From positions 1 to 64,000 of the forward strand of contig MU626287.1 in NCBI GenBank assembly GCA_025603075.1: 64,000 nucleotides of DNA, written 5' to 3'. Numbering within the stretch: the first letter of the stretch is position 1; each line of letters starts with the position of its first letter. The translations under genes were made by a program, and so were the position numbers. A model generated the notes under the pieces. The model did no database searches. It saw nothing but the letters and a program-made list of their open reading frames with translations, and was not told the DNA's origin. Below are positions 53,163 through 64,000 of the stretch, piece by piece. Source of the stretch: Neoconidiobolus thromboides FSU 785. Lineage: Eukaryota > Fungi > Entomophthoromycota.

Positions 53163-55639
53163 ATGAAACAAATGGATTACGTATTACAACAACGTAAAGA
53201 TATAATACAAGCTAGATCAGAAGGAAGTATTGATATTGATGAATTAACATCTATTATCTATGATAAAGAGTTTATTGATTCTAGACTAGAATTTGAAGAT
53301 ATATTGAAGAATGAATCTTTATTAGATTTAAGTAAAGATGTTCATTTATCTAGACCTGAGGTAAGAAATGAAATAGAATAACATATATAGTTTTGTTGTT
53401 TTATGATAGATAATGATATTAAAATAATTCCTTTAGAGATATTTAGAAACTTTAAAAGCATGTAAAAGATTAGTGGAATTAAAATATGAAAATAATCTAA
53501 ATGTTCAACAATTTGTTAAATTAATCAATTATTCCGATCTCATTAATCCAGTAAGTTTAACATTTATCTTAACTAACAATTAGCACTTAATTAGTAACTA
53601 ATATAAAGTTCCATTTTTTTAATATTTATTTTTTTATCTTAGCTTATGCTTGATTTTGGTATGTTTGAAACAGCTATTCGTACCCAAACTTCAAGTGAAC
53701 AATATGATAAATGGTATAAAGACGTATTAGATTTTAAAATGTTAGGATGGTAAATACAATTAAATGTTAATTTATAAAAAATGGAATATTAAAAATCAAA
53801 TTATATTTTACTATATAGCTATGCTCAAACTGAATTAGGTCATGGTAGTTCCTTATCAAATTTAGAAACCACAGCAACATTAGATAAATCCACTGATGAA
53901 TGGGTGATCAATTCACCTACATTAAGTGTAAGTTATTATATTATTATATTATTAACTTAATTTAATCCCTTCTTTTTTTATTTTATAGTCAGCTAAATTT
54001 TGGCCTGGTGCTTTGGGCAAATTTTCCAATCATGCTATTGTTTATGCCCAGCTTATTATTGATAACAAGAGTTATGGACCACACGGCTTTTTAACTCCAA
54101 TTCGATCTTATGAAGATCATAAGCCATTGAAGGGGATTATACTAAAAGACATTGGACCAAAATTAGGTTATGAGGGTATGGATAATGGTAAGTTAAATTG
54201 ATTTTATCATTTCAATTAAAGTTGGAAGTAAAATAACTGATACATTATGATTAGGTTATGCTACTTTTAATCAAGTACGTATTCCAAGAGAAAATATGTT
54301 AATGGGGTTTTCTACTGTAAGTAAAGAAGGTGTTTATAAAAAACCCCCTCATTCAAAGATCGGCTATGCTGTTATGGTAATTATCTATTTTAAATCATTT
54401 TTTTGTTTGATATAAATATTTAATCTCTCAAAATAGACTCAAACAAGAGTAGGCATCACTCAATACAGTGCAATTTCTTTAGCAAGAGCTATTACTATTG
54501 CCATTCGTTATTGTTTAGTACGTCGCCAAGGAGTTGATAACAACAAATTGGAGCCTCAAGTAATTGATTATCCCCTCGTACAATATCGCTTATTCCCTAT
54601 ACTTGCTAGTACTTTCTCATTAATGTTCGTATCTCGATGGATGTTAACTACATATCAAACAATGATGTCTAATATAGCTGAAAAAAATGATTTTTCATTA
54701 TTACCTGAAGTGCATGCCATTAGTTCTGCCTTAAAAGGATATTGTTCTGAAATGGCATCCAACATGATTGAAGAAGCAAGAAGAGCCTTAGGTGGTCAAG
54801 GATATTTAAAAGCATCTGGTTTATCGGAATATTATAATAGTTTTATACCTAGTATGACATATGAAGGAGAGAATGGATTATTAACACAGCAAACAGCTAG
54901 GTTTTTATTGAAGCAATATAAAATGGCTAAAAATGGTCAATTAGTAGATATTACTAAAACTTCAAGTTATATATTGAAGTTTATAGATAATGGAAAACCA
55001 GAACTAAAACAGAATGTTTTAGAATTAAACGAGAATGATTTATTAATTGAATTAATTGATCTATTTTCTTATAGAGCTTACTTTTTGTTAAAGAAATTAA
55101 ATTTAGCTAATCAAAATTTACCTTGGGATGCATTGTCTCTTGATTGTTATAAATTAACTAAAGCTCAATCCCAATATTTAGTTATCTTACAAACTTATAA
55201 TGGAATTCAAAATCTTCCTTCAACTGTGAGCCAATGTAATATTAATATATTAAAAGTATTATTAATAGTTCATATTATTACCATTCTTGATCAAAATATT
55301 GGTGATTTTTTTGAAGCTGAAATTATTACATCTAATCAATTAACTGGACTTCGAGTGCATATGACTGAATTATTTAAAACGATTCGACCTGAAGTTGCTA
55401 GACTAACCGATGCTTTTAAATTTACGGATCGTTACTTGAAATCGGATTTAGGCCCCTTTGAGGGTAATGTATATGAAAAGATTGTTGATTCATTAGATAA
55501 AAATCCATTAAATACAATTTATTCCGAAAATGAAGTTATTAAAGGATATAAAGAATATATTCAACCGTTAGTACATGGGGAAATTAAAATGAAATATGAA
55601 AGGGAAGCACCAGTTAAGAAGGTAGTGTCAAAACTTTAA
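53163..55639 (+). CDS. POX1/ACOX: Peroxisomal acyl-CoA oxidase
   Basis: [27 protein letters not shown]...MDNGY, RRQG, TYEGEN (catalytic Glu), C-terminal PTS1 SKL; about 6 introns. Confidence 0.95.
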
Positions 55640-57178
55640 AGGGAGAATGATTTAATAAAATATTAGTAATGGTTATGATTGGCTTATTTTTGTATTTTTA
55701 GTTTGAAATTAATAATAGTATTAATTGTGATAATTAAAATCGACTTTTTGCTATTATTGCCATTAATCTAATAGTTTCAAAATTAGTCGATTGTGATAAA
55801 TATAAGATTAACAGAATTTATTTAGAATTATTCTAAAATGAAATTAATAAACTTAATATTATTATTTCGTTTCAATTTTATAATTTTTTAAATTTCTATA
55901 TATTTTTTTTCACTTCACAAGAAACTTTAGTTGCTTTTGAAATAATTTGAATCTTTGTTTATTTAGTGAGTTAACAATTGAAATTTCAATCAAATAAAAA
56001 GCAAACGATATAAAGTTTAATACGATAATTGGAAGAGTAGAATGAATTTAAGTAAGTTTAATGTAATAGTTTTATTAATTTGTTGATTAGATAGAATGAA
56101 TTCGATTCATTAAAACAATAATAATTCAAGCCTTAGTCAGATAATTAACATTAAAAATAAAACTCATACCAAAGATAGAATTCATTTATAAATATAACAT
56201 TCACTTTTGTAATTCAGTAAATTGTATCTAATATTTTTAACAGACTCAAAGATTATACTATGATAATCATGAAATAGTAATGTGACCAATATAAGCAAAA
56301 GCAGCTGTCAATAGACATAGCTTATGATTTAAGTCTCACATTATTATCGTTGGTAAGCAACTCTTAGATAAATGCTCTTTCTTTTCTAATTACAGATTCT
56401 CTAGAATCGAAATTGAGGATTAAAATAACATTAACGAGTTATAAATCAATCAATCAACTTTAAAGGGTGAAACTACCAAAGGCTAATTAACACTAAATCT
56501 AAAAGGAACATCATAGCAATATTATAGTTGTTATAGATACTTATAATTTTAATCTTTATAATAATGAAAATGGATTGATATTTAGGTAAGGAATTTTATT
56601 TTTAGATTTTTAAATTCAAGATTTAAAATTATTATGTTTATTAAGTTGAAGTAAAATAATAGGGAATATGTTATCAATAGTAATAATGAAAGTAATTCAA
56701 AAAACAATTTATTGAATTTGAATCAATGAATCATTGAGAATAATAAGTTGTACACGCTTATGAGAATTATATCAGCAAGTAATACACTTCAATCTTAAAT
56801 TAAAAACTAACTCATCAATTATGTCTTTGATTGTAGAAGTAAGTGATATGGTTTTAGTAAGTTCGACGCTTTAAAAAATGTTGATAGACAATTGACAGAA
56901 AAAAACTAGAATGTCGATTTTTAATAACGTATTTTTATGGTTGTATAGATAATCTAAAACGACTGATACTTAGTTATTAAATACTCAATCCAATCTATAT
57001 ATATTTAAAAGCTTTAGCTCAAGGAAATTTACCTTAACTAATGACAAGCTCTAAAATTCTTTTGTTCCTGGTTCATAAGGTAATTTGTTAACTTAATAAA
57101 TAACTTAATTTGAGTGATTAGTCGTAGTCTTATCGGATTTTTATTACTGATTTATTTGAAGATGGAAAGTGAAAACAT

Positions 57179-57443
57179 GGGAATGTTTTTTATTGCCTAT
57201 TACTCATTTTTACTACTTTTTTAAAACTCAACTAATTTACCTATTTAAGTTCGAATGTATGGTAGCAAATGATGAGTTTTGTAACTAGCTATCTGTTCTA
57301 TCATGCTGTTTGATGCTTGTTGATTTAGTTTTTATTCTAAAATGAATGATTAACTGCACATATTCAAACTTAAACAGCATATTAACTAATCAAGATTTAT
57401 TTTAAAAGTAGTAAAAAAGGGCAATAGAGGAAAAAACATCTTC
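57179..57443. mobile_element. Longer (~265 bp) element with MITE-like termini and ~45-bp imperfect inverted arms
   Basis: GGGAATGTTTTTT...TTTTTACTACTTTT mirrored at 57400-57443; flanks ACAT/ATAT. Confidence 0.5.
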
Positions 57444-57533
57444 ATATGGTTTGAATTTCTCAAAGGAAGTGATTTTAAGTAAAATGGTAAATAAGGATTA
57501 CTTTATTAAGGCTTTTTTTGAGATTTAGTATAT

Positions 57534-57631
57534 GGGAATGTTTTTTCGGTTTCATTACTCTTTCCATTTTTTAAGCGCTATTTGAGCGGAAAATTTGTTA
57601 GTAAAATTCTTAAACACAAAAATACAGCCCC
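57534..57631 (-). mobile_element. ~98-bp MITE copy
   Basis: GGGAATGT...ACAGCCCC; ATAT on both flanks. Confidence 0.9.
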
Positions 57632-57810
57632 ATATTATTTGAGTTTTTGTTTAATAGGGAAAGAAAAGTTGGTAGTTTTAAATAGGATTTGTTGCAGATA
57701 CTGAATAGGCTTTAGAGGGTTAAAAAGGAATAAAAAATAACTTAATAATTCAGTAGAGACAGCTTTTTTTATTAACTTTTTTTTATAATTATAAAGTTAA
57801 ATAGTCATAT

Positions 57811-57904
57811 GGGTATGTGTTTTTGTTAAGAGTTTTACTAACAATCTTTCTATTTAAATAGCGCTTAAAAATAGAAAAGTAATGGAATCAAAAAAAATAT
57901 CTCC
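57811..57904 (+). mobile_element. ~98-bp MITE copy
   Basis: GGGTATGT...ATATCTCC; flanks ATAT/ATTT. Confidence 0.85.
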
Positions 57905-57908
57905 ATTT

Positions 57909-58007
57909 GGGGATGTATTTTTGTATTTAAGAATCTTACTAACAAATTTTCCGCTTAAATAACACTTAAAAAGTGGAAAAAATAATGAAGTCAAAAAAGA
58001 CACTCCC
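57909..58007 (+). mobile_element. ~98-bp MITE copy, head-to-tail with 57811-57904
   Basis: GGGGATGT...ACACTCCC; ATTT directly repeated on both flanks. Confidence 0.9.
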
Positions 58008-59806
58008 ATTTCTTGTTTCTTCCATTAAAGCAGAGCTTAAATTTAACTACACTAAATGTACATTGTAATACGATTCACTTCAGCATTATCTCTTAATTTA
58101 CGACTGTTGCTCAATTAGATCGAACTCAAAAAACCCGTACAAAAATAGCTTCTTGATTTATTAAAAAGCAAACTTTAGAATTTCTATTAATTATTATAAT
58201 TAAAGGGTATCCGCGCGAACGCGTTTACCCCACCACCAAAAATTGTCCAGTGTTATCAGAGTTAACTGACATGGAAACTCTCAAAGCCGAGGTGCAATGC
58301 AAAGATTGTTCCCAGCCCCTTTGCCTTTATGATCACAAAGAGACCCTGGCAGGTAAGTAAAGAATTACTAATATTGATAGCTGAAATTTATAGCCCAGTT
58401 TGATACTTTAGAAATGCTTAGTTGTGGGATTGTTTCATTTTAGTATGAATTTTAATTGGTTGAAAGTAAAACAAACTTTTTTGGACAAGAATAAATGGGA
58501 AATAGAAATTAAATTTGATATTGAATTTTTGCTAATAGTATCTTGGTTTTTAATTTAACTACTTTTTTAATTGTTTAGATTTAATAGACATTCTTTGCTT
58601 ATTGCTTCTATTGTTTTAAATGAGTAGTTTATTTTTTTAATTTACATGTGATGTGTGAAATTATTTAAACTTACTTTTTTTACTAGTAAACTTGAGGTCA
58701 ATTGAGTGAAGAAATTCTTTTTGAATAGTTGCTCCTCTTTAAAAATAAAAGGTAACATTGTCTTATTTTAAATCTTTCCAATTTTTCAGTTTTCAAGTTT
58801 CAAAGTTTTAAGAATTAATAGTTTGTACTTTGAACAATAATAGGGCAAGAAAATATGGTACAATTAATCACAAAAGAGTATAGACTATAATCTCAATAGT
58901 GGTTTTTATTTATTTTAAATTCTAGTCAAAATCAAGTACATCATTAAATGATATTGGATATTCAAATTACAATAAAAGGTTTTGAATTATACAATAAATA
59001 ATAAATAGAACACTAAATGCTTAAAATATCTTTGTTTTATAATAGTAGATATCAGAATTACTAGTGTTCTTGATTTACATAAAAACATTTTAACAGTTAA
59101 AAGTTCTTGTATATGTTATAACGTGCACTCTATAGTTAGATGAATGTTTTAAGATAAATAGTAGATGAAGTCGTAAAATTTCAATTTCAACAATGAACAT
59201 CATTATATTATATAAAGCGAATTTTAAAATATGAATGAAATTTTACGACAATTGGTGATAGTTTGCTTTTAATGATTTTACTCTAATATATACACGTAAA
59301 TCAGCTTTTAGGAGTTAAAGATACCTATACCTTTTATAATTCAGTGAAATGCTATGAAAATTTGAATGATATAATCAATGGTCCATGTAAAACATATTTC
59401 TTTAATTAAATTTATGAAATGTAGCAATTTCTGTTTAAAAACAATAAAGTATAGTGAATGAGTGGATCTCTCTCATATTCTCAGCTGTATTTTCATAATT
59501 TGCCTGATTAAAGCAGTGACATATTATACTCAACTGAAAGTACTACGGCTTTTAATAAGTCATAATTTAAAATAGCCAAACATAAGTCAATTGAATTGAA
59601 AGCTATCAAGATTTTTAATCAGCTGCTTTGAACTTATAAAGTAAAAAATTTAAGGATTTGTATATATAAATAATTAGATTACTTAAAACGGATGTTTATC
59701 TTCCATTATATAAGTGAGTAATATTTACCTCTATCTGACCAAGATGTATCTTTGAATAGTTCTTTAAATTAAGAGTTCAGTAGAAGCTATAGAGCTTGTA
59801 ATATAT

Positions 59807-59904
59807 GGGGATGTATTTTTGTGTCTAACAATCTTACTAATAAATTTTCCGCTCAAATAGCACTTAAAAATGGAAAGAGTAATGAAACCAAAAAAAACAT
59901 TCCC
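59807..59904 (+). mobile_element. ~98-bp MITE copy
   Basis: GGGGATGT...ACATTCCC; ATAT on both flanks. Confidence 0.9.
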
Positions 59905-60092
59905 ATATTTAATTTGCATTCACATTAATTTGAACAATTTTAAGTTAGTACTTATAAGAAGATTTTTTGTCCATTAATCGATAGGCTTAAAACTAATTAA
60001 AAAAACAAGTTTAAAAAACAAGTTTAAGCATTGTAAGTGATTCAAAAATTCAAAAATTCTCCTTTTTAAACTTCAACTACTTTCTAGCTCCG

Positions 60093-61346
60093 ATGCAACA
60101 AACCAAAGAACAGCCATTGTTTCAAAAAGCATCAATAAAGAAAACAATTTTTAATTTATTTTTTGTAATTGTATTAATTTATGGATTTATAACCGATGCG
60201 ATTACTACAATTAAACAAGAAATTAATACGGCTATCTCTTCAATCAAAACGACATCTCATTATGATCGCATTGTATTTTTGAACTCAACTGTCACCCATT
60301 ATAATACTGCATTTCATCCTAAAGGGATCCGTTATAAAGGAGAAATAGTTGTTTTTAAAGATGGCTGGTTTGAAACATGGGAAATACATGAGGGGTTCCT
60401 ACCAGGGTTTGCGTTTAAAAAGGAAAAGAGCCAAACGATATGGGGTAGCAAAATAAAGAAATTGAAAACCAATTTAAAAGAAGAAGGCTATAGAAAAATA
60501 ATTATAAAACAGTTACATTTTAAATATGCAAATGATCCGTTTTATTTTAATATGAGTAGCAATTCAATTGAGTTAAAACCAATTGTTCAACATGAGCTTT
60601 TTGATATCCTTCAGATAGACAGCACACTTTTAACTAGGTTGGATGAAGTGATTAAAACTATGGCTTATTATTTTAGCGCTAGATCTATTAACGCTTATGG
60701 CGAAAGAGCAATGGGTATTCTCTTTGGTAAAAATTTTCCACTTTATAGTGAAGGTTTAATTTGGGCAGTTAAGCACCGATTTATTAGTCATTTATTTGAA
60801 ACTATTAGTAGAGATGAAATTATCCCCAGTATCACTGATCTACAAGATTGGATGGAATCCTTTTTATTTACAGAATTTTATAAATTTATTTATTGTGAAC
60901 GAGTGGATGGTTCATGCGATGCTATTAAAAATGCGTTTGGTTATGGTTGTTTTTATGATCAAAACTATGATACGAATTTGATCAAAATATCCTTCCCCTT
61001 TATACAAAAAAGTTGTGGTGCATTGCGTCAAATTATTCACTATGATAACCCATATCTTGCTATTTTTAATGTACAAGATATCCATTCCCCCTATGGTCCT
61101 AAGTTTGTTTTTAAAGATATACATCGACTTGTTCATAATCCTAAATTTAATAAGGATTCATACAAATCTTATGAGAAAGTATATAATGAAGTTGTCAAAA
61201 ATAAAGCCCTTGCTAAAAAGAAACTTCGGCCTAAAAGTTATTTCAAGGATTGGCTTAGTTGTAAGAGTAGTTATTCATTTAAAGAGCCTTTTTATATATC
61301 TGCTTTTTATTTACATCGAACTGTTCCATTTGATGATGATTATTAG
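60093..61346 (+). CDS. Hypothetical intronless 417-aa protein with one N-terminal hydrophobic segment
   Basis: Long uninterrupted ORF, unlikely by chance in DNA this AT-rich; aromatic-rich; no recognised domain. Confidence 0.7.
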   Translation: MQQTKEQPLFQKASIKKTIFNLFFVIVLIYGFITDAITTIKQEINTAISSIKTTSHYDRIVFLNSTVTHYNTAFHPKGIRYKGEIVVFKDGWFETWEIHEGFLPGFAFKKEKSQTIWGSKIKKLKTNLKEEGYRKIIIKQLHFKYANDPFYFNMSSNSIELKPIVQHELFDILQIDSTLLTRLDEVIKTMAYYFSARSINAYGERAMGILFGKNFPLYSEGLIWAVKHRFISHLFETISRDEIIPSITDLQDWMESFLFTEFYKFIYCERVDGSCDAIKNAFGYGCFYDQNYDTNLIKISFPFIQKSCGALRQIIHYDNPYLAIFNVQDIHSPYGPKFVFKDIHRLVHNPKFNKDSYKSYEKVYNEVVKNKALAKKKLRPKSYFKDWLSCKSSYSFKEPFYISAFYLHRTVPFDDDY

Positions 61347-61634
61347 TGGGGTGGAAGTTTTAAGTAGATGCGCTTATTTCATAAGTTTGTAACTTTAATT
61401 TATTATTAATTTTCTAATTGCTTTATTAAATATTATCCTTTTAATAATATATTTTCGTGTTTTTATTGAGTTATTGCTTTTTGTTGATTTTGCTTTGTGA
61501 ATATTTTTAAAATTTGCTAAGTCCAAAGGTCTATTTAATGCTTACATAATAATATGAAAACAAAATAGTTAATTGACTAATATTAAAATTAAATCTTTGG
61601 AAAGTTTATTTTATTATCTGACCAAATCAACAAG

Positions 61635-61728
61635 GGGGATGTATTTTTTTGTTTAAGGATTTTACTAGCAATTTTTCCACTTAAATAGCGCTTAAAAAAG
61701 TAAAAGTAATGAAATCAAAAACATCCCC
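61635..61728 (+). mobile_element. ~98-bp MITE copy
   Basis: GGGGATGT...ACATCCCC; TSD not preserved. Confidence 0.85.
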
Positions 61729-61822
61729 AATTAATCATATTACTATAATTAAAATATTATTTCCTCTCTCAAAAAAAGAAAGCTCAGTTTGATACTCGTG
61801 TAAATGCAAAATGGCAACAAAT

Positions 61823-61921
61823 GGGGATATTTTTTTTAGCTTCATTACTTTTTCCATCTTTTAAGTACTATTTGAATATAAAATTTGTTGGTAAAATTCC
61901 TAAACATAAAAATACATCATC
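61823..61921 (-). mobile_element. ~98-bp MITE copy
   Basis: GGGGATAT...ACATCATC; AAAT directly repeated on both flanks. Confidence 0.85.
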
Positions 61922-62134
61922 AAATGCCAATTTTTCTAAATTTACTGGTAAATTTTGGATATATAAGCTTAAAAGTTTTAATGACATAGCTATTAAATCC
62001 CATTTATGAGTAGTTATTTACATATTCTAAAGATAAAAAACGACAAATAACTTATTAAATCCCTATGTTTAAAAAATTATTACTTAAAAAATTACTCCTA
62101 ATAGTACATGATTGAACTTTGATAATTTAAAATC

Positions 62135-62203
62135 ATTAACAATCTTTCCACTCAAATAGTGTTTAAAGGATGGAAAAGTAATGAAGTCAAAAAAAACATC
62201 CCC
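62135..62203 (+). mobile_element. 5'-truncated MITE copy
   Basis: Right two-thirds of the consensus ending ACATCCCC-ATAT. Confidence 0.75.
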
Positions 62204-62279
62204 ATATGACTAAATTTAATAAATTTTTTGATTTTGAGTTAAGTTTGAAATTATTAAATATAGAAATACATCACCATAT

Positions 62280-62377
62280 GAGGATGTTTTTTTTTGTTTA
62301 AGAATTTTACTAACAATCTTTCCACTTAAATAGCGCTTAAAAAATGGAAAAATAATGAAATCAAAAAAAACATCCCC
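62280..62377 (+). mobile_element. ~98-bp MITE copy
   Basis: GAGGATGT...ACATCCCC; ATAT on both flanks. Confidence 0.9.
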
Positions 62378-62668
62378 ATATAATATACTAATTTAATACA
62401 ATAGCAGATTTATTTAATAATTTATTATTTAAGTTATATAAAATACAGAAGTAGAATTTTTAGTTAAAATTAAGTTTGACTGGATTTTTTTGCTATAGTT
62501 AGTTAACTTTTTTAATAAGCTATTTAAATATATTTGGCTATTTCTTATGAACTTTGATTTTATTTCCAAATCTTATGAATTGTAACAAGACCCAAAAAAA
62601 CTTATAGCTAAAATCGTATTAATCTTTTTATATTATATAAAAAGTTATAGCTAAACTATCTGATATTT

Positions 62669-62761
62669 AAGGATGTATTTTTTAAGAATTTTGCTATCAA
62701 TTTTTCAGTTCAAATAGTGTTTAAAAGATGGAAAAAGTGATGAAGCCAAAAAAACACTCCC
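62669..62761 (+). mobile_element. ~98-bp MITE copy
   Basis: AAGGATGT...ACACTCCC; ATTT directly repeated on both flanks. Confidence 0.85.
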
Positions 62762-62991
62762 ATTTGACAGATAGCTTTAAAATATTTAAAAAAGGATAAA
62801 TTTGCTTAAACTTTGAGCAATTATAACTCTGTTCGTATTGATGCTATAAATTCGATACTAGCAGTATCGTTTAATAGCTCTCAACATAAGCTACATTTTA
62901 AGAAAAAAGCATCTAATTTTATTAGGTTTTAATAAAAACAGGCTATTTTTTCTAAATCGGACTTTTTTCTAAACAAAAAGAGTATAATAAT

Positions 62992-63091
62992 GGGGATGTA
63001 TTTTTATATTTAAGAGTTTTACTGACAATTTCCCACTCATATAGCACTTAAAAGATGAAAAAAGTAATGAAGCAAAAAGAAAAACATCACT
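62992..63091 (+). mobile_element. ~98-bp MITE copy
   Basis: GGGGATGT...ACATCACT; flanks TAAT/ATTT. Confidence 0.8.
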
Positions 63092-64000
63092 ATTTATTGA
63101 TTAACTAAAATCTAAATCTTGTATGATAGTGTCAATAACATCAATATAAGCTATTGATCATTTTTAGCTATCTAAACCGATCGATTCAATTATCTACCAT
63201 CCTTTGCCTATTCTTACAATCATTAAAATTGGTCAAAATTTTGCTATAAAAGTAAAAACTATAATAAGTCAGATTGAGAAGATTAGAGTATCAGTAAACG
63301 GATGCTATTATAAGTGTCTCATAGTCCATTAGGCGCTTGGGGGATAAAATGCGCTTCTTGAATGTGATCCGTGAGCAAGGGCTAGGTGAGACCATATTAT
63401 TTGAAAGGGTGATGCGAAAGTATACTTTTGTAAAAATTCAAAAAGTAGAATCATTTGAGAATTAAATTGTTTGAAAAGTTACTATGCTAAATTAGTTTTT
63501 GATTTGTAAAAAAGCTCACTAATTTTAATCTTTTAGTATTATAGCTAAGTTAAATCGATTTGAACTTATCTTATTTTGTATGTTGATGGTAGCATTATAT
63601 GTCGCATAGCAATTGCTAATTAATTTTTAGTTCAAGTGCATCTAAGATATATCAAATAACTGGTTATTTTATCTTTTGAATCTTTAATGTATTAACTCTA
63701 GTTCAATAGTATAATGATATGCAGCTAGGACAGTATTTTTCAACTCAATAAAAAGGAGTAACAACATAAAATTGATACTATAAAATGGTATGATAATCCC
63801 ATTGTTTAAAAAGTCACCAAGCATAGGGCTTTTTGATTGAGCTATTACTTTGTAATATTAAATTTAAATAATTTAATAAATGAAAAGAGAATAGTAAGGT
63901 AGAATTTAAGAATATGTTCTATTTAAATAAAAAAATTCACTTATTTAATGATCGAAATCTTTGCTCAAAACCCTTACCCCAAAAATTCAACTCAAGCCAA

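Noticed and set aside
56460-58207. TTAAAGGG at 56460 and 58200 as Kolobok/piggyBac-type transposon ends
   Set aside because: Both are in the same orientation and no matching inverted end was found.
59160-59760. Possible decayed coding region upstream of the orphan ORF
   Set aside because: Coding-like appearance, but many stops and no identifiable homology.
61821-62009. 62-aa ORF
   Set aside because: Derived from a MITE copy.
1012-63091. Reading the ~98-bp repeat as a CRISPR-like or other regularly interspaced array
   Set aside because: Copies are dispersed, in both orientations, with TIRs and TSDs; there are no regular spacers or cas genes, and the context is eukaryotic.
63316-63394. tRNA call for the structured patch
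   Set aside because: No D-stem closure, T-loop or anticodon arm geometry.

Overview
Very AT-rich eukaryotic DNA with short (mostly ~30-60 nt) GT-AG introns. The gene set suggests an early-diverging fungus (Zoopagomycota/Entomophthorales-like; inference). Protein genes: Hst3/4-type sirtuin, eIF4G, a classical tyrosine phosphatase, Sgd1/NOM1, mitochondrial Rsm24/mS35, a UBTD/DC-UbP-like protein, one complete and one 5'-truncated cytochrome P450, NoxR, Atg17, a uridine phosphorylase-like enzyme, a multi-pass membrane protein, a RhoGAP, an intronless 7TM receptor-like protein, fused BIO3-BIO1, peroxisomal acyl-CoA oxidase and two orphans. RNA genes: an initiator tRNA-Met and a candidate intron-encoded C/D snoRNA. 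The most striking unexplained structure is a dispersed ~98-bp inverted-repeat element (MITE) with at least 27 copies. It has G(G/A)G...C(C/T)C ends and 4-bp A(W)(W)T-type target duplications. A decayed DDE transposase at 26.1-27.1 kb has Sola2-type motifs that fit those end/TSD rules, and it is itself interrupted by a copy. All assignments come from manual reading and motif recall; no database searches were run, and exon boundaries are approximate.
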